DNA of 47,084 nt from a virus. Taxonomy: Duplodnaviria > Caudoviricetes. The DNA lies in IMG/VR virus record IMGVR_UViG_3300032373_000021, positions 1-47,084 of that record; one strand, 5' to 3'. Both the position numbers and the translations under genes were made by a program. Shown here in pieces: positions 46,988 through 47,084 of this stretch. The notes beneath the pieces were generated by a model, which was not told the origin of the DNA, ran no database searches, and worked only from the letters and a program-made list of their open reading frames with translations. Every line of letters begins with the position of its first letter. Position 1 is the stretch's first letter.

Positions 46988-47064
46988 TGGTGATCCCACG
47001 AGGACTCGAACCTCGAACCTGCTGCTTAGAAGGCAGCTGCTCTATCCAGTTGAGCTATGGGACC
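46988..47064 (-). tRNA. tRNA-Arg (anticodon TCT)
   Basis: Reverse complement GGTCCCATAGCTCAACTGGATAGAGCAGCTGCCTTCTAAGCAGCAGGTTCGAGGTTCGAGTCCTCGTGGGATCACCA; 77-nt cloverleaf with CCA end. Confidence 0.97.
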
Positions 47065-47084
47065 ATGGGTAATGCGTGCGCAAG

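Overview
Almost the whole window is a lambdoid, siphovirus-like prophage of a probable alphaproteobacterial host (it carries GcrA-like and GapR-like genes). It is integrated at the 3' end of a tRNA-Arg(TCT) gene at the right edge; the left end (rest of the tail, lysis genes, second att site) is outside the window. The minus strand from about 29.4 kb down to base 1 carries cro/cII, replication (O-like initiator with internal iterons, DnaB), a Q/GafA-like late regulator, a ParB-glycosyltransferase pair, and terminase, portal, head and tail genes, with a -1 frameshifted tail chaperone. The plus strand from about 33.4 to 47 kb carries the early recombination, DNA-modification and integration genes. 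The most striking feature is a complete acyl-homoserine-lactone quorum-sensing cassette (luxR, luxI, a coupled 73-aa ORF and a divergent XRE gene) inside the immunity region. It lies between two clusters of CGCAT-N4-ATGCG operators, next to a repressor with no recognisable S24 autoprotease motif. This suggests a phage-encoded AHL communication system influencing lysis-lysogeny. All calls come from reading motifs by eye; no database searches were run.
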